From Saccostrea echinata (lineage: Eukaryota): a DNA stretch of 64,000 bases. Made by a program: the position numbers and the translations under genes. Positions 35,766 to 48,870 of this stretch are shown here, one piece after another. Location: the NCBI RefSeq assembly GCF_033153115.1, contig NW_026889771.1:8308001-8372000 (forward strand), written 5' to 3'. Below the pieces are notes generated by a model, which worked only from the letters and a program-made list of their open reading frames with translations, did not search any database and was not told where the DNA came from. Numbering within the stretch: the first letter of the stretch is position 1; each line of letters opens with the position of its first letter.

Positions 35766-37931
35766 ATGGATTCGTTAAGTAAATGCTTGAAAGAAGATTT
35801 TCTCACTTGTGCAATATGCTACGAACTGTTTACGGAACCAAAAACTTTGTCATGTTTACACAATTTCTGTGAATCCTGTTTGGAAACTTTTGTACAGAAA
35901 TCTTCAGAGAAAAACCATTTAAGCTGTCCAATATGCCGGGAATTTACGCCTCTACCATCACAAACTGTCTCCAGTTTGAAAACAAACTTCATATTCAAGG
36001 AAATGGTCGCTAAGATACCCCGATCCAGAGGATCGATTTCTTCCAGAAAATGTTCATTTTGTATTCTGCACTCGAAAGAAGTAGAGGCAACTCACAAATG
36101 TGTGACATGTATGGATTTGCTTTGCAGTTTTTGCACAAGACACAGGCATGTATTTACTAGGCAGAACGCATATCATAAGGTAGTCCTCTTGAAAGATTAC
36201 TTGGCCGGAATGTATAAAGAAGAAACCAAGTACGAGATTCCTTGCGAGAAACACCAAGAAAGATTACGTTTCCTTTGTCAGCATTGCTCAGTTCCAATAT
36301 GTAGAGAATGTGCTGTTGTAGAGCACAGGTCCCATAAATATGTAACGTTTGTAGAGGCAAGAGAATTCGTAAAAAAGGAAGTTGAAAAGAACTTGCAGAT
36401 TTGTAAAACAAAGAAAGAGAAACTGCAAACTATACAATCATCACTGATTTCTAAATCAGAGGAAGTATCGGCTAAAGAATCTTCGCTGTTGGACATGGTC
36501 GATTTCACTTGTAAAGAAATTGAATCTAAGTTGAACCTTCATCGCCAAAGAATTGAACAGGAAATTAAGAGAAAGTCAAGCGAAGAAAAGAAAAATGTTG
36601 ATTTTCATATTCAAGAGAATTTGAACTTTCAAGACCGAATAAAAGAATCCATCTCATTTTGCGAAAACATGTTATCTAAAGGGAGTGATTTAGAAGTTGT
36701 TTTCTTTTTGGAGGAAATGAAATCATGTTTACTAAAATGTCCAGATCCAAAAGAAAATCAATTGCAAATTGCTCTTCCAACTCTGAAAGTCAATATGATG
36801 CAAGAATTCAATGTTTTTCACTTAAAAGATGCTGTTTTTGATGAAGATTCCCCAGCTTCCTCAGCGGAAGATACGGAAAATTCAACCGAATTAAGCAACA
36901 AAGTCAATGAATCAGATGAAGAGTATGTAGAAAAAACCTGTAATAAACCCGAATTAAGTCAAGAGAACGGAGACAAAAATTCAGAAGAAACAAGGACAGA
37001 AAAGTCAAAGGACACAACGTCAGATGGAGCATGTTCAAAGAGCGCAAGAAATACAACACAAAAAATTAACACGGAATCAAGCAACAATTCAGTAAATACT
37101 AAATTGGAAAAGGCGTGTTCTGAAAAAACAGGTAATAAGGTTCAGAAGGTGAAGGCATCTGGTCAGTCAATGAATTATCAAGTTCCTAAGTGTTTGAAAA
37201 CTTACGAGCATTTAGACAGGCATGGTGATAAAAATCCAAGTTACACTTGCATTACATGGATTGACAGAGCAACTTTTGCTCTTGTAGACGAATTAAACCA
37301 AATAGTTCTCATTGTTTCATCCAAAAGAGATACCCAAAACATTCAAAAACATTTGGTTAAAGGTATAAAAGCCATAACAAAATTTGGTAATTTTCTTGCT
37401 TGTAAAACTCAATCTGGTGAGGTAAAAATTTACTCCTTTCCGGATCTGAAGTTAGAGAGAGTTTTTAACGGGGCCTTTGCTGTATCGTCACGCTCTTCTG
37501 AGTTGGTATGGATCACAAAAGTAAAGATTGTTGTATTCAAGAACACAAGTCTTCAGGAGATGTATTTTTCAGACGAAAACGGGAGGCAATTTAAATTAGA
37601 AATGCCTCTTTATGCGTGCTGTCTTTGCAATAAGTCTTTTGCTATCTCAGATAAGGATTCTAAATGTCTATATTTTTTCGACAAAAGGGCTCAAAAACAA
37701 CATGTTATTACTGGAAGATATGGTGCCCTTTCTTGTGACAAGGAAAATCGTGTTTACCTGACTAATTATGAGACTGACTGCATCTTCATCTTCGATTCAA
37801 TTGGAGAGTGGCTGAAGACAATTTCTTTAAACTGCATAATACAGAAACCAAGGAGTATATCAGTGCTGGGTGAGGAAGAAATTCTGGTTTCCAACAAGGA
37901 GAATGTAGTTCTTATTTCACTTAAAAGATGA
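35766..37931 (+). CDS. TRIM56-like E3 ligase, type 2, copy E (721 aa from the ATG at 35766)
   Basis: Intact ORF with RING, two B-boxes, coiled coil, a long S/E/K/N/T-rich linker and an NHL-like C-terminus. The acceptor tttctttcag ends at 35760, so the ORF-track GTG start spans the splice site. Confidence 0.95.
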   Translation: MDSLSKCLKEDFLTCAICYELFTEPKTLSCLHNFCESCLETFVQKSSEKNHLSCPICREFTPLPSQTVSSLKTNFIFKEMVAKIPRSRGSISSRKCSFCILHSKEVEATHKCVTCMDLLCSFCTRHRHVFTRQNAYHKVVLLKDYLAGMYKEETKYEIPCEKHQERLRFLCQHCSVPICRECAVVEHRSHKYVTFVEAREFVKKEVEKNLQICKTKKEKLQTIQSSLISKSEEVSAKESSLLDMVDFTCKEIESKLNLHRQRIEQEIKRKSSEEKKNVDFHIQENLNFQDRIKESISFCENMLSKGSDLEVVFFLEEMKSCLLKCPDPKENQLQIALPTLKVNMMQEFNVFHLKDAVFDEDSPASSAEDTENSTELSNKVNESDEEYVEKTCNKPELSQENGDKNSEETRTEKSKDTTSDGACSKSARNTTQKINTESSNNSVNTKLEKACSEKTGNKVQKVKASGQSMNYQVPKCLKTYEHLDRHGDKNPSYTCITWIDRATFALVDELNQIVLIVSSKRDTQNIQKHLVKGIKAITKFGNFLACKTQSGEVKIYSFPDLKLERVFNGAFAVSSRSSELVWITKVKIVVFKNTSLQEMYFSDENGRQFKLEMPLYACCLCNKSFAISDKDSKCLYFFDKRAQKQHVITGRYGALSCDKENRVYLTNYETDCIFIFDSIGEWLKTISLNCIIQKPRSISVLGEEEILVSNKENVVLISLKR

Positions 37932-38203
37932 ATTTACAAAGACAACGGAAATATTTATAGAAGTGATTCTAAGTGATTCTTGTTTTAATACGTTATGTCA
38001 ATTGCTAACCAATATATCGGTTGAAAAGGAGGACTGCGCTAAATTTGCGCTTATTTAGGTACGTTTACAGTATGAAGAACTCTCAATGTTGAAAAGTAAG
38101 TTTTATCTAATGACGTTAACTCGGGGATAATTTAGGCTCTCCTGACTGAGGTCGTTGGTGTATTTGGTCAGTTTCTGAAATGTAAATAAAATTACTGTCT
38201 TAA

Positions 38204-38540
38204 GGACACACGCAACGTAGTTTGAACTTTATAGCCTTTTTCCCTGGAGTTGAAGAGTTCCAATACTTAAAGGAACTGTGTGCTACATTTTATTGTCTAT
38301 ATATGCTGTTGCGCACTTCTTCTAGAACAAGTCTGGATAAACAAAACATCTAGCATATATGTTTAGTAATTTTTGTAAATTTTTCTTTGAATTATACAAA
38401 AATTTTCATCATTTGATATCTTTTCAAAACCCCTGGTAATGCATGCTGATTTTTTGTCTACGAACATCTGATGGCACTATAATCTTAAATTAAGAATATC
38501 TTGAAAAATTATCAGTAGGTAAGGTACGTTGTGTATGTCC
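38204..38540. mobile_element. Kolobok-like MITE
   Basis: TIR ggacacacgcaacgta / tacgttgtgtatgtcc. TTAA at 38200-38203 and 38541-38544. Confidence 0.75.
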
Positions 38541-39314
38541 TTAACACCGATTTATTTTCTAGTCTGATTAAACTCAAACCTTCCACTAGCTCCTTTATTT
38601 TGACGCGAGCGACAAATCAATTTACGAAGAGCGAGATGAAAGGTCTAATTTTAATTAGATTGTTTATTTCCCAGCCCGTCCTGCATTTCTTTAATCAAAC
38701 GACTTTCTAAATAATCTCTCTAAGTAACACCCTGGCTCATGATTTTGCTGTCAAATTACTTTGAATTCCAGACTGTCCTCGTTTTTGACTGGAATTCAAC
38801 ATTTTCATATAGTTTTGAAATTGAGTTCGAAATATAGAATAACCTGTTCAAGAAACACATTGCCTTACCCCGTCTTACCGGTCAAAAGGAAGAGAAAAGC
38901 ATACGCTGCATTGAGACTGACTATTTAAAAAAATGCTAAAAGATTCCTCATATAAAAGAAAAAGAAATGTGTATAGCGCTGTGCAAATAACGACAGAAAT
39001 ATTACTACTGTGCATCAGTTATTTAAATGGGTACAAAAATTGGGACAAAACCAGTGTAACTAGTGGTAAAAAGACTGCGAAGAATCTAAATCAAGAAATA
39101 GCCGTGCATTTAATACATATAGGGAATAAATGCCGAAGAAGATGTGAATACTTATAAATGTCATCCACAAAGATTAAATATTCTGACATGGAGTCTATAT
39201 AATAACCAATCTCTGAACGAATAGTGCTGAAGTGCATTGGACAATGAGAACATGTGGCAAAGAATAAAGATGTCATCAAAACTAATACTAATAATCCAAA
39301 CACTGGGTAGAAGA

Positions 39315-40112
39315 TTTTTATGCCCCCGTAATCGAAGAACTGGGGGCAAATAGTTTTTGCCCTGTCCATCTGTCTGTCTGTTGTCTGCAAAAGCTTTAAC
39401 CTTGCCCACGACTTTTGATTGGTTGGAGCTATGGCTTTCATATTTCACATGATTGGTTGGAGCTATGGCTTTCATATTTCACAACGATCTTCTTTCGGAT
39501 ACCAACAACCTTGACCGTTTGACCTTGACCTACTGTTAGGAAAATGTTAACTTGTCCATAACTTTTGAACAGTTGATGCTAGGGCTTTCATACTTCTCAT
39601 GTGTATTCCTTATGACAAGACCTTTTTATGGATACAAACAACCTTGACCCTTGGCCTTGGAGTTTGACCTACTTTTGAAAAACTTTTAATTGGCCATAAC
39701 TTTTGAATAGTTGATGCTAGGGCTTTCATTTTTCACATGTATATTCCTTGTGACAAGACTTTCCTTTGGATACCAATAATTATGGCCCATTGGCCTTGAC
39801 CTTGGAAAAATTAACCTAATTTAAAAAACCTTAACCTTGGCTATAACATTTGAACATTTGGTTTTAGGGCTTTCTTATTTCACGTACATGTGTATCACTT
39901 GTTCTTCCCTTGGGCACCATTTGACCTTGATGTTTTACATACTTTTGAAAAAACTTTTGCCATAACTTTTTTATTCCTCGAGACAAGATCTTTCTTTTGG
40001 TACCAACATTTTTAATCTTTTGACCTGGAGTTTGACTTGCATTTGAGAAACGTTGACCTTCGCCATAAGCTGCCATACGGGGGCTTCAGTGTTTCACAAA
40101 CACATCTTGTTT
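39315..40112 (+). mobile_element. HINE/pearl-like element, same family as 11777-12465
   Basis: TTTTTATGCCCCCGTAATCGAAG start, CTGT microsatellite, tandem core repeats, end cgggggcttcagtgtttcacaaacacatcttgttt. Confidence 0.78.
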
Positions 40113-40328
40113 TTAATAACGTTTAAGACCGAACCAAGTTTGACAAAGATGAAGGTTTGAAATAAAATCCAACAGACTTGCAACAGAGCTCGAAGAGAGC
40201 AAAGTGAAATGTAGCTGAACTGGATAAACTTATTGTACTTCATAATGTCTATGATACCCTAAGTTAAATAAGTACAAAAACACGGAGTCAAAGGAAAAAT
40301 AAAAGAAAATGTAATAAACAGAAAACTC

Positions 40329-40478
40329 AATGTTTTGTAGATGAATATGGAGTTTATTTCACACGTGAGACAGGATTTTTTGTTATTTTCACTTTTAGTG
40401 CTTTGCACTCGTGAAAATATATTAAAAAAAATCCTGTCCCGCTTGTGAAATAAATTCCATATTCATCTACAAAACATT
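40329..40478. repeat. Long imperfect hairpin (~150 nt)
   Basis: Arms aatgttttgtagatgaatatgga.tttatttcac..gacaggattttt..ttttcac / gtgaaaat..aaaaatcctgtc..gtgaaataaattccatattcatctacaaaacatt; loop region agtgctttgcact. Confidence 0.8.
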
Positions 40479-40539
40479 AAATATCCTCAATTTCTTATCA
40501 AAATATTGATTAATCATAGATTGGTGTGTTGCTCAGAAT

Positions 40540-41450
40540 ATGACGGAGTGAATTTGAACAATACTAGTAACCTGCTTTAAGATAGTTCTTTTGTTTTTTA
40601 AACAAGTATAAAAACTATAAACACAAGAAAACGCAAAGATATCGTATTGCTTCTTTATAGATTTTCAAAAGCTTTCGAATATAATATAATATTATCTTAA
40701 AAGGCAAGGAATCAGTTCAAAACTTTTCTTGATTTTAAGTTATATATATTCCCTATTGACATTGTGTTAGAAATCTGACCTAAGCATTTTTTAGTATGAC
40801 ATAGGTAAAAGACAAGACAAATATGCTAGGTTTTTATTTGAAATTATTAAAGAATAAAATTAATTTTTTTAATGGATGATGATTTTTAGACGAGGGTTGT
40901 AAGAAAAAAAATAATTTACGGACATTTTTAGAACTATTAATTTATGGAAGAAAAAAATTATTTTATTTATAAATTATTTTGGCCTTTATCTCACATCATG
41001 GGAATTAACCATATGTCTCTTTGTATGTCTGAAGAGAAAACCTTGTTAATTTTATATATGTTTCTAAAGAGGTATGATCTATTATATAAACAAACCCTTT
41101 AAAAAAATAATTAAAGGTCTCTGGCTGAATCAAGTAGTATGATGATACATAAATACAGGTATGGCAGGTATGACAACTCATTGTTCACTTATTCTTGAAG
41201 GAAACATGAATTTTATTTTCAATTGAATATCTATTTTAAACAATAAAGGAATATAGATTTAATAGAAATAGAAGCAATGAGACAATCGACAACTTCCAGT
41301 CATTGTATTGAAATGAGAGTATGATCGATTCAAGGATATCCTTAGGAAAATCAGCCATTGACTCTTTTGTCAGATATTAAACAAATCTTTATGATGATAA
41401 AGAGAACTTTGTTGTACATTATGATTTAAATGTTGATGTTAGAAAAAGCT
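40540..41450 (+). mobile_element. Highly decayed LINE reverse-transcriptase remnant
   Basis: Traces of YCFFIDF.KAF (~40646-40680) and G.RQ (~40804). The rest is eroded and the boundaries are approximate. Confidence 0.35.
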
Positions 41451-42867
41451 GTAATATTCTGAAACACGAAAGATAAATTTTTTTGAAGTGACGCAGTCTT
41501 AAATGATATTGGTAATTTTACATTTTTAGCATTTGAAGAAATGTGACAATTGATATATCATAAAATTACTTCGTATAATCAAACAATCGAAAAAGTAATT
41601 GAACCTGATCTATTTCTTAGTTATAAATACTATATTAATTGATTGTACTTTGGACAGAGGCTTTGTAGTACTTAATAAACAAATTGAAAGATCTTGAAAT
41701 GAACTGAAATCACGTGCTCGTCTTTATCCAAAGGGAATCAGTCTTTGGATATTTTTTTCATATCCCACATCTTGTATTCCAACTCTTTGTGATGTAAACA
41801 TTGAAGATCGAAGTCACATTCATAATAATATTCTTTTGCATGCAAATGTGTTTCAATATTTCCAAAGACAATTTATAAATAAGATTGTTGAAGAATAAAA
41901 AAGTATCTACAACATGTACGTCCTTTTCTTTTAGAAAATGTGCCATCTGGTCCTTTGAGCAGAATAAAAGCATGCCAGAAATTGTTGTCACAAAGAACTA
42001 TATATTCCCCCCCCCCCCCGTTTTTAAATAAAATTTAACACTTACCGTAACACTTTCCGTATTAAATATAGACATTTTCAGAATGGAGACCAAAAATGAC
42101 CCTAACCCTATACATGTATATAGTTGTTTTTTCTTTTACAATTTAGCCTCCTAATTATTTTTTTGTTGGATGCTAGAATAGCACATTACCCGTTGTAGGT
42201 ATAAAACGTTTCCGTACGAAAAATGACAACTCTGTTTCCTGAAATAGACTATGTTGTGTTCGAAAAAAGCAACCTTAAAATGATACCAAAGCTTTAACAG
42301 CTATACTTGAAACAGACACATATAATTTGTACACCCATGTAAATATCACATGTTCTCTTCTTATAACTTTAAACTTTTAATCAATTAATCCATGAACTCG
42401 TACCGTAATATGGTGGAAAATAAAACATTACATGTGTCTAAGACATTCGTGTTAAGTGACAGAGTAGACTTCTCATGTACAAACTAGACTAAAGAGTATG
42501 CAAACATAGAGGCAGTATATGAAATTATTCCTTAAATCAGAATTCCCTCTTCCCAAGAAATTTGGTCATTTACAATCTTTATATCATATATAATCAAAGT
42601 TCGTTGTACTGAATACTGAAAGACAGCGTCAAAATAATAATTTTCGTTATTTTATAACTTCACTACAGTTGCAGATTTTCATAGTATTATGACACTAACA
42701 CACATCTAAATGAACCGAACGTACAACATTTAGCCAATAAATTTATTAGACGTATTATATATCCGCCCTTCACATAGTTAACATATCACATCGGGCAGTT
42801 CACTGTGATATTTATGCCTAATACCTTATTTTTTCTATGACTATTGTAACATTTTTGCCCAAGTGCA

Positions 42868-44796
42868 TTATTTTTCTAATTTCAATTCATCGAGAATGAT
42901 AGACTGACCATTTGAAATTAACATCCTACGGTCATGTTTTAAGGCAATACTTCTAGGATTAGGGATTTGTGAGATATACGTTCCTAACGTCACTCCAGCA
43001 GTTGTGAACATCACAATGCGGCTATTTTGATAGTCACAAACGTATATGTTGTTGTCAAGATCTGATGAAATAGAACCAGGGTTACAGTATTTCCTTCTTT
43101 CTATATATCCTGACTTCCTTACAATAAATACGCAATCATTTGCCCAATCTGATATAATGTACATTCCATTTAGTAGCACATGACCAAACATTGGATTGCC
43201 TATTTTCACTGGTCTACCTCTGTCATTGATTGTAAATTCTTGAACCCCTCCCTTTTCATACACACAAATTTTATCCGCATCAGACATCCAGCTTAATTGT
43301 GGCGAAATTGGATGACAAGTTAGGAGTGTAGAAATCCACTGAAATTCTCTCTCTATCTTCAAATCTTTATTCATCACCACTAACTTTCCTCCCTCTGTTT
43401 TGCAAGCAACTCCATCCCGAAAACCACAAACTACTTTGCAACCAAGTAAAACGATAGACTGAATATGTTTTGTTTGTATATTCATTATTTTCACCTTTTG
43501 GTTTTTTTGGTCGGCAACTATAATCTTCTCTTTGTCCATCCATGAGACCCCAGTATAAAACGGATTAAAGTTATCTCCCTTTTCTTTGCACTCTATCATA
43601 GTTTGGAAATTTGTACAGCTTTTGAGCACCTTATCTTGTTTATCACTAACACCACTGACTTCCTGTTCTGAATTCAAACTCTTCATACCTAAATTTCTTT
43701 CGTTTTCTTCTCTTTTATGAAAAAGTAATCGGAATATTTTTCCATCTGTATCGATTTCAAGGGTTGGTAGCTCGATCTCATCAACAGCACAACTTTCTTC
43801 ACTTTTGAAAGATTTTAACTTTGACAGGCGTTCATTCATTTCGGTTTTCATTGTAAGAATCTCGATGTCTGATCCACATTTGAGAATATTCTTGCAAAAG
43901 GAGTACGACTCCTCCAACTGCTTACTAATTCTCTCAATAGATTCCTCTTGTACTCGCAAAGAATCTTGCTTCGATTTCAGAAATTCTTCTAAATCATTTT
44001 CAGTTGCCAATTTTGATTCCTTAATATTTTCAATAATTTCATTCACGTGCTTTTCTAAGTTGTGCTTGAAGCGTTGCTTTTCGACAAGCACTTTATCCAA
44101 AGCTTGTGATACATTTTTCTTTGCAAGTTGGAATCGTTCTAAATTTTCTTTCAATGCACTCATGAGCAAGCTTATGCTTATATCAGCTTCCTTTCTTGCA
44201 TCCGATGGTGCAATGAATTTATGGCTTTGATGACTCAGGACAATGCAGTCTCGACAAATAGGAACATCACATGTTTCGCAAAAGTACCTCAAATCTTCGT
44301 CGGCATGCTCAGAGCAAGGGATTTGTTGCTTTGATCGAATCTCATCGTTGTATTTTCCAGAAATTACTTCGGTAAGCAAAACAACTTTATGATTTATTGT
44401 AAGTGTAGTTGATCTGTGTCGATGATCTGCACATTCAGAACAAAGATAGTCTTTGCAGGTTAGACATTGTGAAGTCGCCTCATTGCTTTCGCCTTTTAGA
44501 CTGCAAAAGGTACAGAATTTTGAAACATTCTGCTTGCCAGAAGTAATGACTTCTATAAGATTTTTCAAACAAAAATTTGTTTTTAATTCATCTGAGTCAA
44601 GGTTCTGGAGTTCAAAGATTTCTCTGCACACTGGACAAGGATGTATCGTTTTGGTATTTCGTTTCGATATGAAGTTATTAATGCAGGTTTTGCAAAATGA
44701 GTGCAAGCATGGTAAAACTTTTGGATCCTTGTAAATATCGTAGCAGATTGGACAGGTAAAAAATTCTTCTTTTATTGTTGACGATATAGAGTCCAT
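42868..44796 (-). CDS. TRIM56-like E3 ligase, type 1, copy F (642 aa)
   Basis: Intact ORF with type-1 signatures HRHRSTTLTINHK, IRSKQQIPCSEH, RRKYCNPGSISSD..NIYVCDY. Acceptor atttttag 8 nt upstream of the ATG. Confidence 0.95.
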   Translation of the reverse strand: MDSISSTIKEEFFTCPICYDIYKDPKVLPCLHSFCKTCINNFISKRNTKTIHPCPVCREIFELQNLDSDELKTNFCLKNLIEVITSGKQNVSKFCTFCSLKGESNEATSQCLTCKDYLCSECADHRHRSTTLTINHKVVLLTEVISGKYNDEIRSKQQIPCSEHADEDLRYFCETCDVPICRDCIVLSHQSHKFIAPSDARKEADISISLLMSALKENLERFQLAKKNVSQALDKVLVEKQRFKHNLEKHVNEIIENIKESKLATENDLEEFLKSKQDSLRVQEESIERISKQLEESYSFCKNILKCGSDIEILTMKTEMNERLSKLKSFKSEESCAVDEIELPTLEIDTDGKIFRLLFHKREENERNLGMKSLNSEQEVSGVSDKQDKVLKSCTNFQTMIECKEKGDNFNPFYTGVSWMDKEKIIVADQKNQKVKIMNIQTKHIQSIVLLGCKVVCGFRDGVACKTEGGKLVVMNKDLKIEREFQWISTLLTCHPISPQLSWMSDADKICVYEKGGVQEFTINDRGRPVKIGNPMFGHVLLNGMYIISDWANDCVFIVRKSGYIERRKYCNPGSISSDLDNNIYVCDYQNSRIVMFTTAGVTLGTYISQIPNPRSIALKHDRRMLISNGQSIILDELKLEK

Positions 44797-45761
44797 TTAA
44801 ATACCTAAAAATATAAATTTAAAAAAAATCACCTCTTACATTTTTGACAATGTAGAAAAAAAATTTAAATATGTAGTGCATATTGCCTTTGACCTCACAG
44901 GATTTATATTTATAGCTTTTGTTTGAAATTTATAATAAGTTTTAAAAAATATGTTAAAACATATTGGTACTTGTAATTTGTCTTACTATTTTATAATCCT
45001 GTTTATACTTATACAGTGGAGCTTCGGTTATCAAGAAACCAGTGAATAGAACGTTTCGCCTTCGAACAACATTTGTGAGGAACAGATTTTATATTTGTTT
45101 TTATAAATTATGAAGGGGGCATTTCAGAAATTTGGATGCTTCATTAATTCGGACGAGTTGCTTGGGAACACGTGTCCAAATTGTATTCGTAATAATTTAC
45201 CGATTCATGTTGTGATATAACAAATAAATAAGGCATAATTTAATTTCTAAATACGTTTACCTGTCCTCAGCTTGACCCAATTTGCTGATCTTGTTTAAAT
45301 GCACAAGAAAGGCAATAGAAACAGAGATAAACCTAACTTAATAAATTAAACGTAGAAAACCTCTTATTTCAAACAAACAGTAGGCCGTATCCAAAAAAAT
45401 TCTAATTCCATTTCATTCTAAGAATATTTATAAATGTGATATTTTTTAGTAGCCACTAAGACATCAATCATGGAAACCAATCTCCTATGCAGAGTTGTCG
45501 TTCGTTCTTCTCTCAGACACGTCTGCAATGGGCTCACGTCAAGATTTTTGACATAACTTTAAAAACATAACATTTCAAGGATTATTTCAAATTAAACTTA
45601 TAGTTTTATATCTATTTAGTAAATATCTATCTTTAAGGACTATCATTACCCTAGATATTTAATTATAATGAATTAAAAGAAACGCACTATTTCTCGTGCT
45701 TATCACTGTGATATACGAGAGCCAACGACAGAGGTGAATGTATGAGCCGATGGTAGAGAGT

Positions 45762-46156
45762 CACTCGGCACACCTCGGCCGATTCGTACCTCATCAAACC
45801 TCGGCTGTATCATGTAAATCTCCATTGAACCGGAGCTACTTTATACCCAATATGGCTGCGCCCTACATATACACGTGCACAGTGTGCTGAATTCGATCCG
45901 TTAACAAACATGTGATTATGTAAAGATACGAAGTGCATTTTTCATGGTTAGTGTTCTTCTTAGTGATACCTAAATGCTTTTGAAAATTTTTATCGTATAT
46001 CAGATGCATATTTATTATCGTTTTCAAAGCGTTACGTTTTCCCTAAGCGGTAAACAGGCAGCCTTATCACAAATGTTAAGCGGAGACGCATATCAAGTTT
46101 CTTCGTACAGCCGAGGTTTGATGAAGGTGACGGAATCAGCCGAGGTTTGCCGAATG
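45762..46156. mobile_element. Mutator-like MITE between divergent genes F and G
   Basis: ~50-bp imperfect TIRs (ca.tcggca.acctcggc.gattc..catcaaacctcggctgta). 10-bp TSD GGTAGAGAGT at 45752-45761 and 46157-46166. Confidence 0.75.
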
Positions 46157-48339
46157 GGTAGAGAGTGCATGGAAACATGCATGATAAATAAAGAAAAACC
46201 TCTCCAGCAGTTCATTACCAACCAAAAATCAGAATATACACAAATTATAATTCGGTAAGTAAGTTCTATCTATAAAACCTACCTAAAAACATATCTTCAT
46301 AAGCATGCCACTTTTTTACGAAAATAACCTATTCTTACCTTATGTGATCAATAATGACGCCCATACGCCATGACGTACCTCCTTCCCTCTGCAGAGAAAT
46401 ATACGCTACACTGGTCGCTTTCGGTGTCTATAAACAAAAGATCCAACAAAATTATCCGTAAAAATGAAGGGTAATCTCTTCAACTGCAAGAAATGATGAC
46501 TTATTCCTCCATAATTATTATATAGCCTCTCACCTTAACAGGAAGAAGCCAAATATAATGCATTAAAATACTTCATTTTAACCCAGAAACCTTGGTGTAC
46601 GTGTCAAAGTCCGCCGCGTCAAATGGTTGCACTTGCTGGTTGCTTCGGATGATTTCGGCTGTGATTGGCCAAAGCCAACCACAAAAATCAAATAAATTTT
46701 GTGATTTTATAAATTATGAATATGTATTGCATTTCTGACATCATGCCAGTAAATATTTAAATCAAGAGTGTGTGTTTCTCGGTAACCAAGTAGTTTCAGG
46801 TGCATCAGATAACAAACATTTTATCTCTCAAGTACATCTTTTCAATTGGCAATTATTTAAATACAGTTTAATTGTTCAGTCATTCGTTGATGGTTCATTA
46901 GGAAAAATCGCTAACGTGTGGATATAATCCAGCATTCGCAGGTAGGAAAAAATCTAGGTCTGGTCTACAAGTACTTTTTTTTTTATCGATTTACTGTTTT
47001 TCTTTTCATCAGATGTTAGTGTCTTTGGAGTGCTTATCACAATAATAAAAGAAAAGATAATTGTCTCATAAGGGCATTAAATTGTTTTTCAAGTTTAAAA
47101 TAAGTGGGTTATCTTATGTTAAATTCAAACACCTTAACATAGCCATAAATAGATTAAAATCAACAGATATATTGCTATATACATGTACGAAATTGGAAGC
47201 ACCGACTGTATCTCTACCTTTTATAAGTCTTGTAATGTATAGGCGACTTCAATTTCTGCCATCTTCACTTCTCAATGTTTGTCTACTGACAACCAAAGCT
47301 ACTGACTGGTCAAATAAATTCCCGTGGTTCAAAATATAAACAATGATTAATGAAATATGAAATATTTTAAAGGAAATAAACTTGCTATGATATTCCAAAT
47401 CAAATGTTAACAATCCGGTTTTCATTCTGGGCATTTAAGATAATAATTTAATATTTCAAAGAGGACAAGGAATGTTAAATTTAAAAGAAGTATCCTCTAT
47501 TCAAATATAAACTAGAAGTACTATGAGCATTGAGCTAAAAAAAAAAAGATACCCCCTCTCCTTTATGAGTATACTGGAAAAATCCATGTTTTGCTATGGG
47601 AAACTCCAAATATCTTCCTGATCAGAACGTAAAATAGGAGGTGCACAATGACAGTATTTAATAAAGATTCTGGTAAAGTCTCGTTAATTTTTTTTTACTG
47701 GTATAGGAAGAATTGCGTATGAAATGGGTACCCCCATTGCTAAAGAATGACAGTATCCATGTATTGCTATGGGAAACATTAAATATCTGTCTGATCTAAT
47801 CTTTATTATAAACTGTCATTGTGCACCTCCTAATTTACGTTTTGATTGGACATTTGGGGTTAATGTTTCTTGTGGCAAAACAGGGACTTTGCCGCTATAT
47901 TCAATGAACGGGGCACCTTAACTCTTCCGATATTCAATGGAACTCTCAGAGAATCTCATTTACTTATTCCCGAGAAATATGCACTTTGCCATTGTACTCA
48001 TATGGGAGCTGGGGGATCATTTTGTGGCCTCAGAACTCATGCACAGTTATTTATCAAAGTTACTTATTCTTATGAACCTAAAGTTGAAAAGTCGTAAGTT
48101 TTTAGACTGTGAATTTGGTAAATTCTTGTAATTTCAAATTTTTTAAAAGTTCCTTGGAATTTTTAAGTATCCACAACTGATTTACACCACTTCTCGAATA
48201 TATTGTTGCACAGTACTCCTGAAGTTTAATTCGACATTAAATTACATATATCAACGATCTTTTTTTTTTTTATCAATTAACAATATTTATTTTCCTTCCT
48301 ATGATTCAATCTTTGATTTCGAAAAAAAAAGTTATCACA

Positions 48340-48870
48340 GAGTCTGACACATATATCTGTTTCTTTAATTTTTTGGATAAGTAGTTTACTAGAAAAAGAC
48401 ATTAATGGCAAACTTACAGCTAAAATTTATGATAAACGTGATGACTTCCAACTTTTCTATCGTCATTTTCTTTTTTTTATGTAGCTATATACCATTATTA
48501 CCCGCATATGGGGTTTATCTCTCCCATTTGATTTGATATGCAAAAGCTTGTTCTACATGCAAACAATTTCTAATACAAGAAAGCTACTGACAAGTAAGTT
48601 GATGATACAAGAATATCAACAGTCTCAATTAAAGTCAACATTTGGCATTTCTAGCAAATACAGACTAACGTTAAGTCAAATTTTGACTGACGTTTTTCAT
48701 ACAAATTCTTAGGTCATTATTTTCACACTGAATTGTCTACGGAATTTTTCTTTTACCCAATCATGACAAGGAGCACACGGTGGGTCTGTCCGGTCGACAG
48801 GGGATACTTACTCTTCCATGGCACCTGATCCCACCTCTACGTTTCTGAGTTTCTTGTTTGCTCTGCTCAT
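48340..48870 (+). mobile_element. Decayed Penelope-like retroelement, 3' fragment
   Basis: Frameshifted DINGKLTAKIYDKRDDF.FSIV..CSYIPLLPAYGVYLSHLI.YAKACS, followed by cacggtgggt..ccggtcgacagggga..cttactc..ggcacctgatcccacctct, a tail I recognise from invertebrate Penelope-like elements. Confidence 0.7.
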
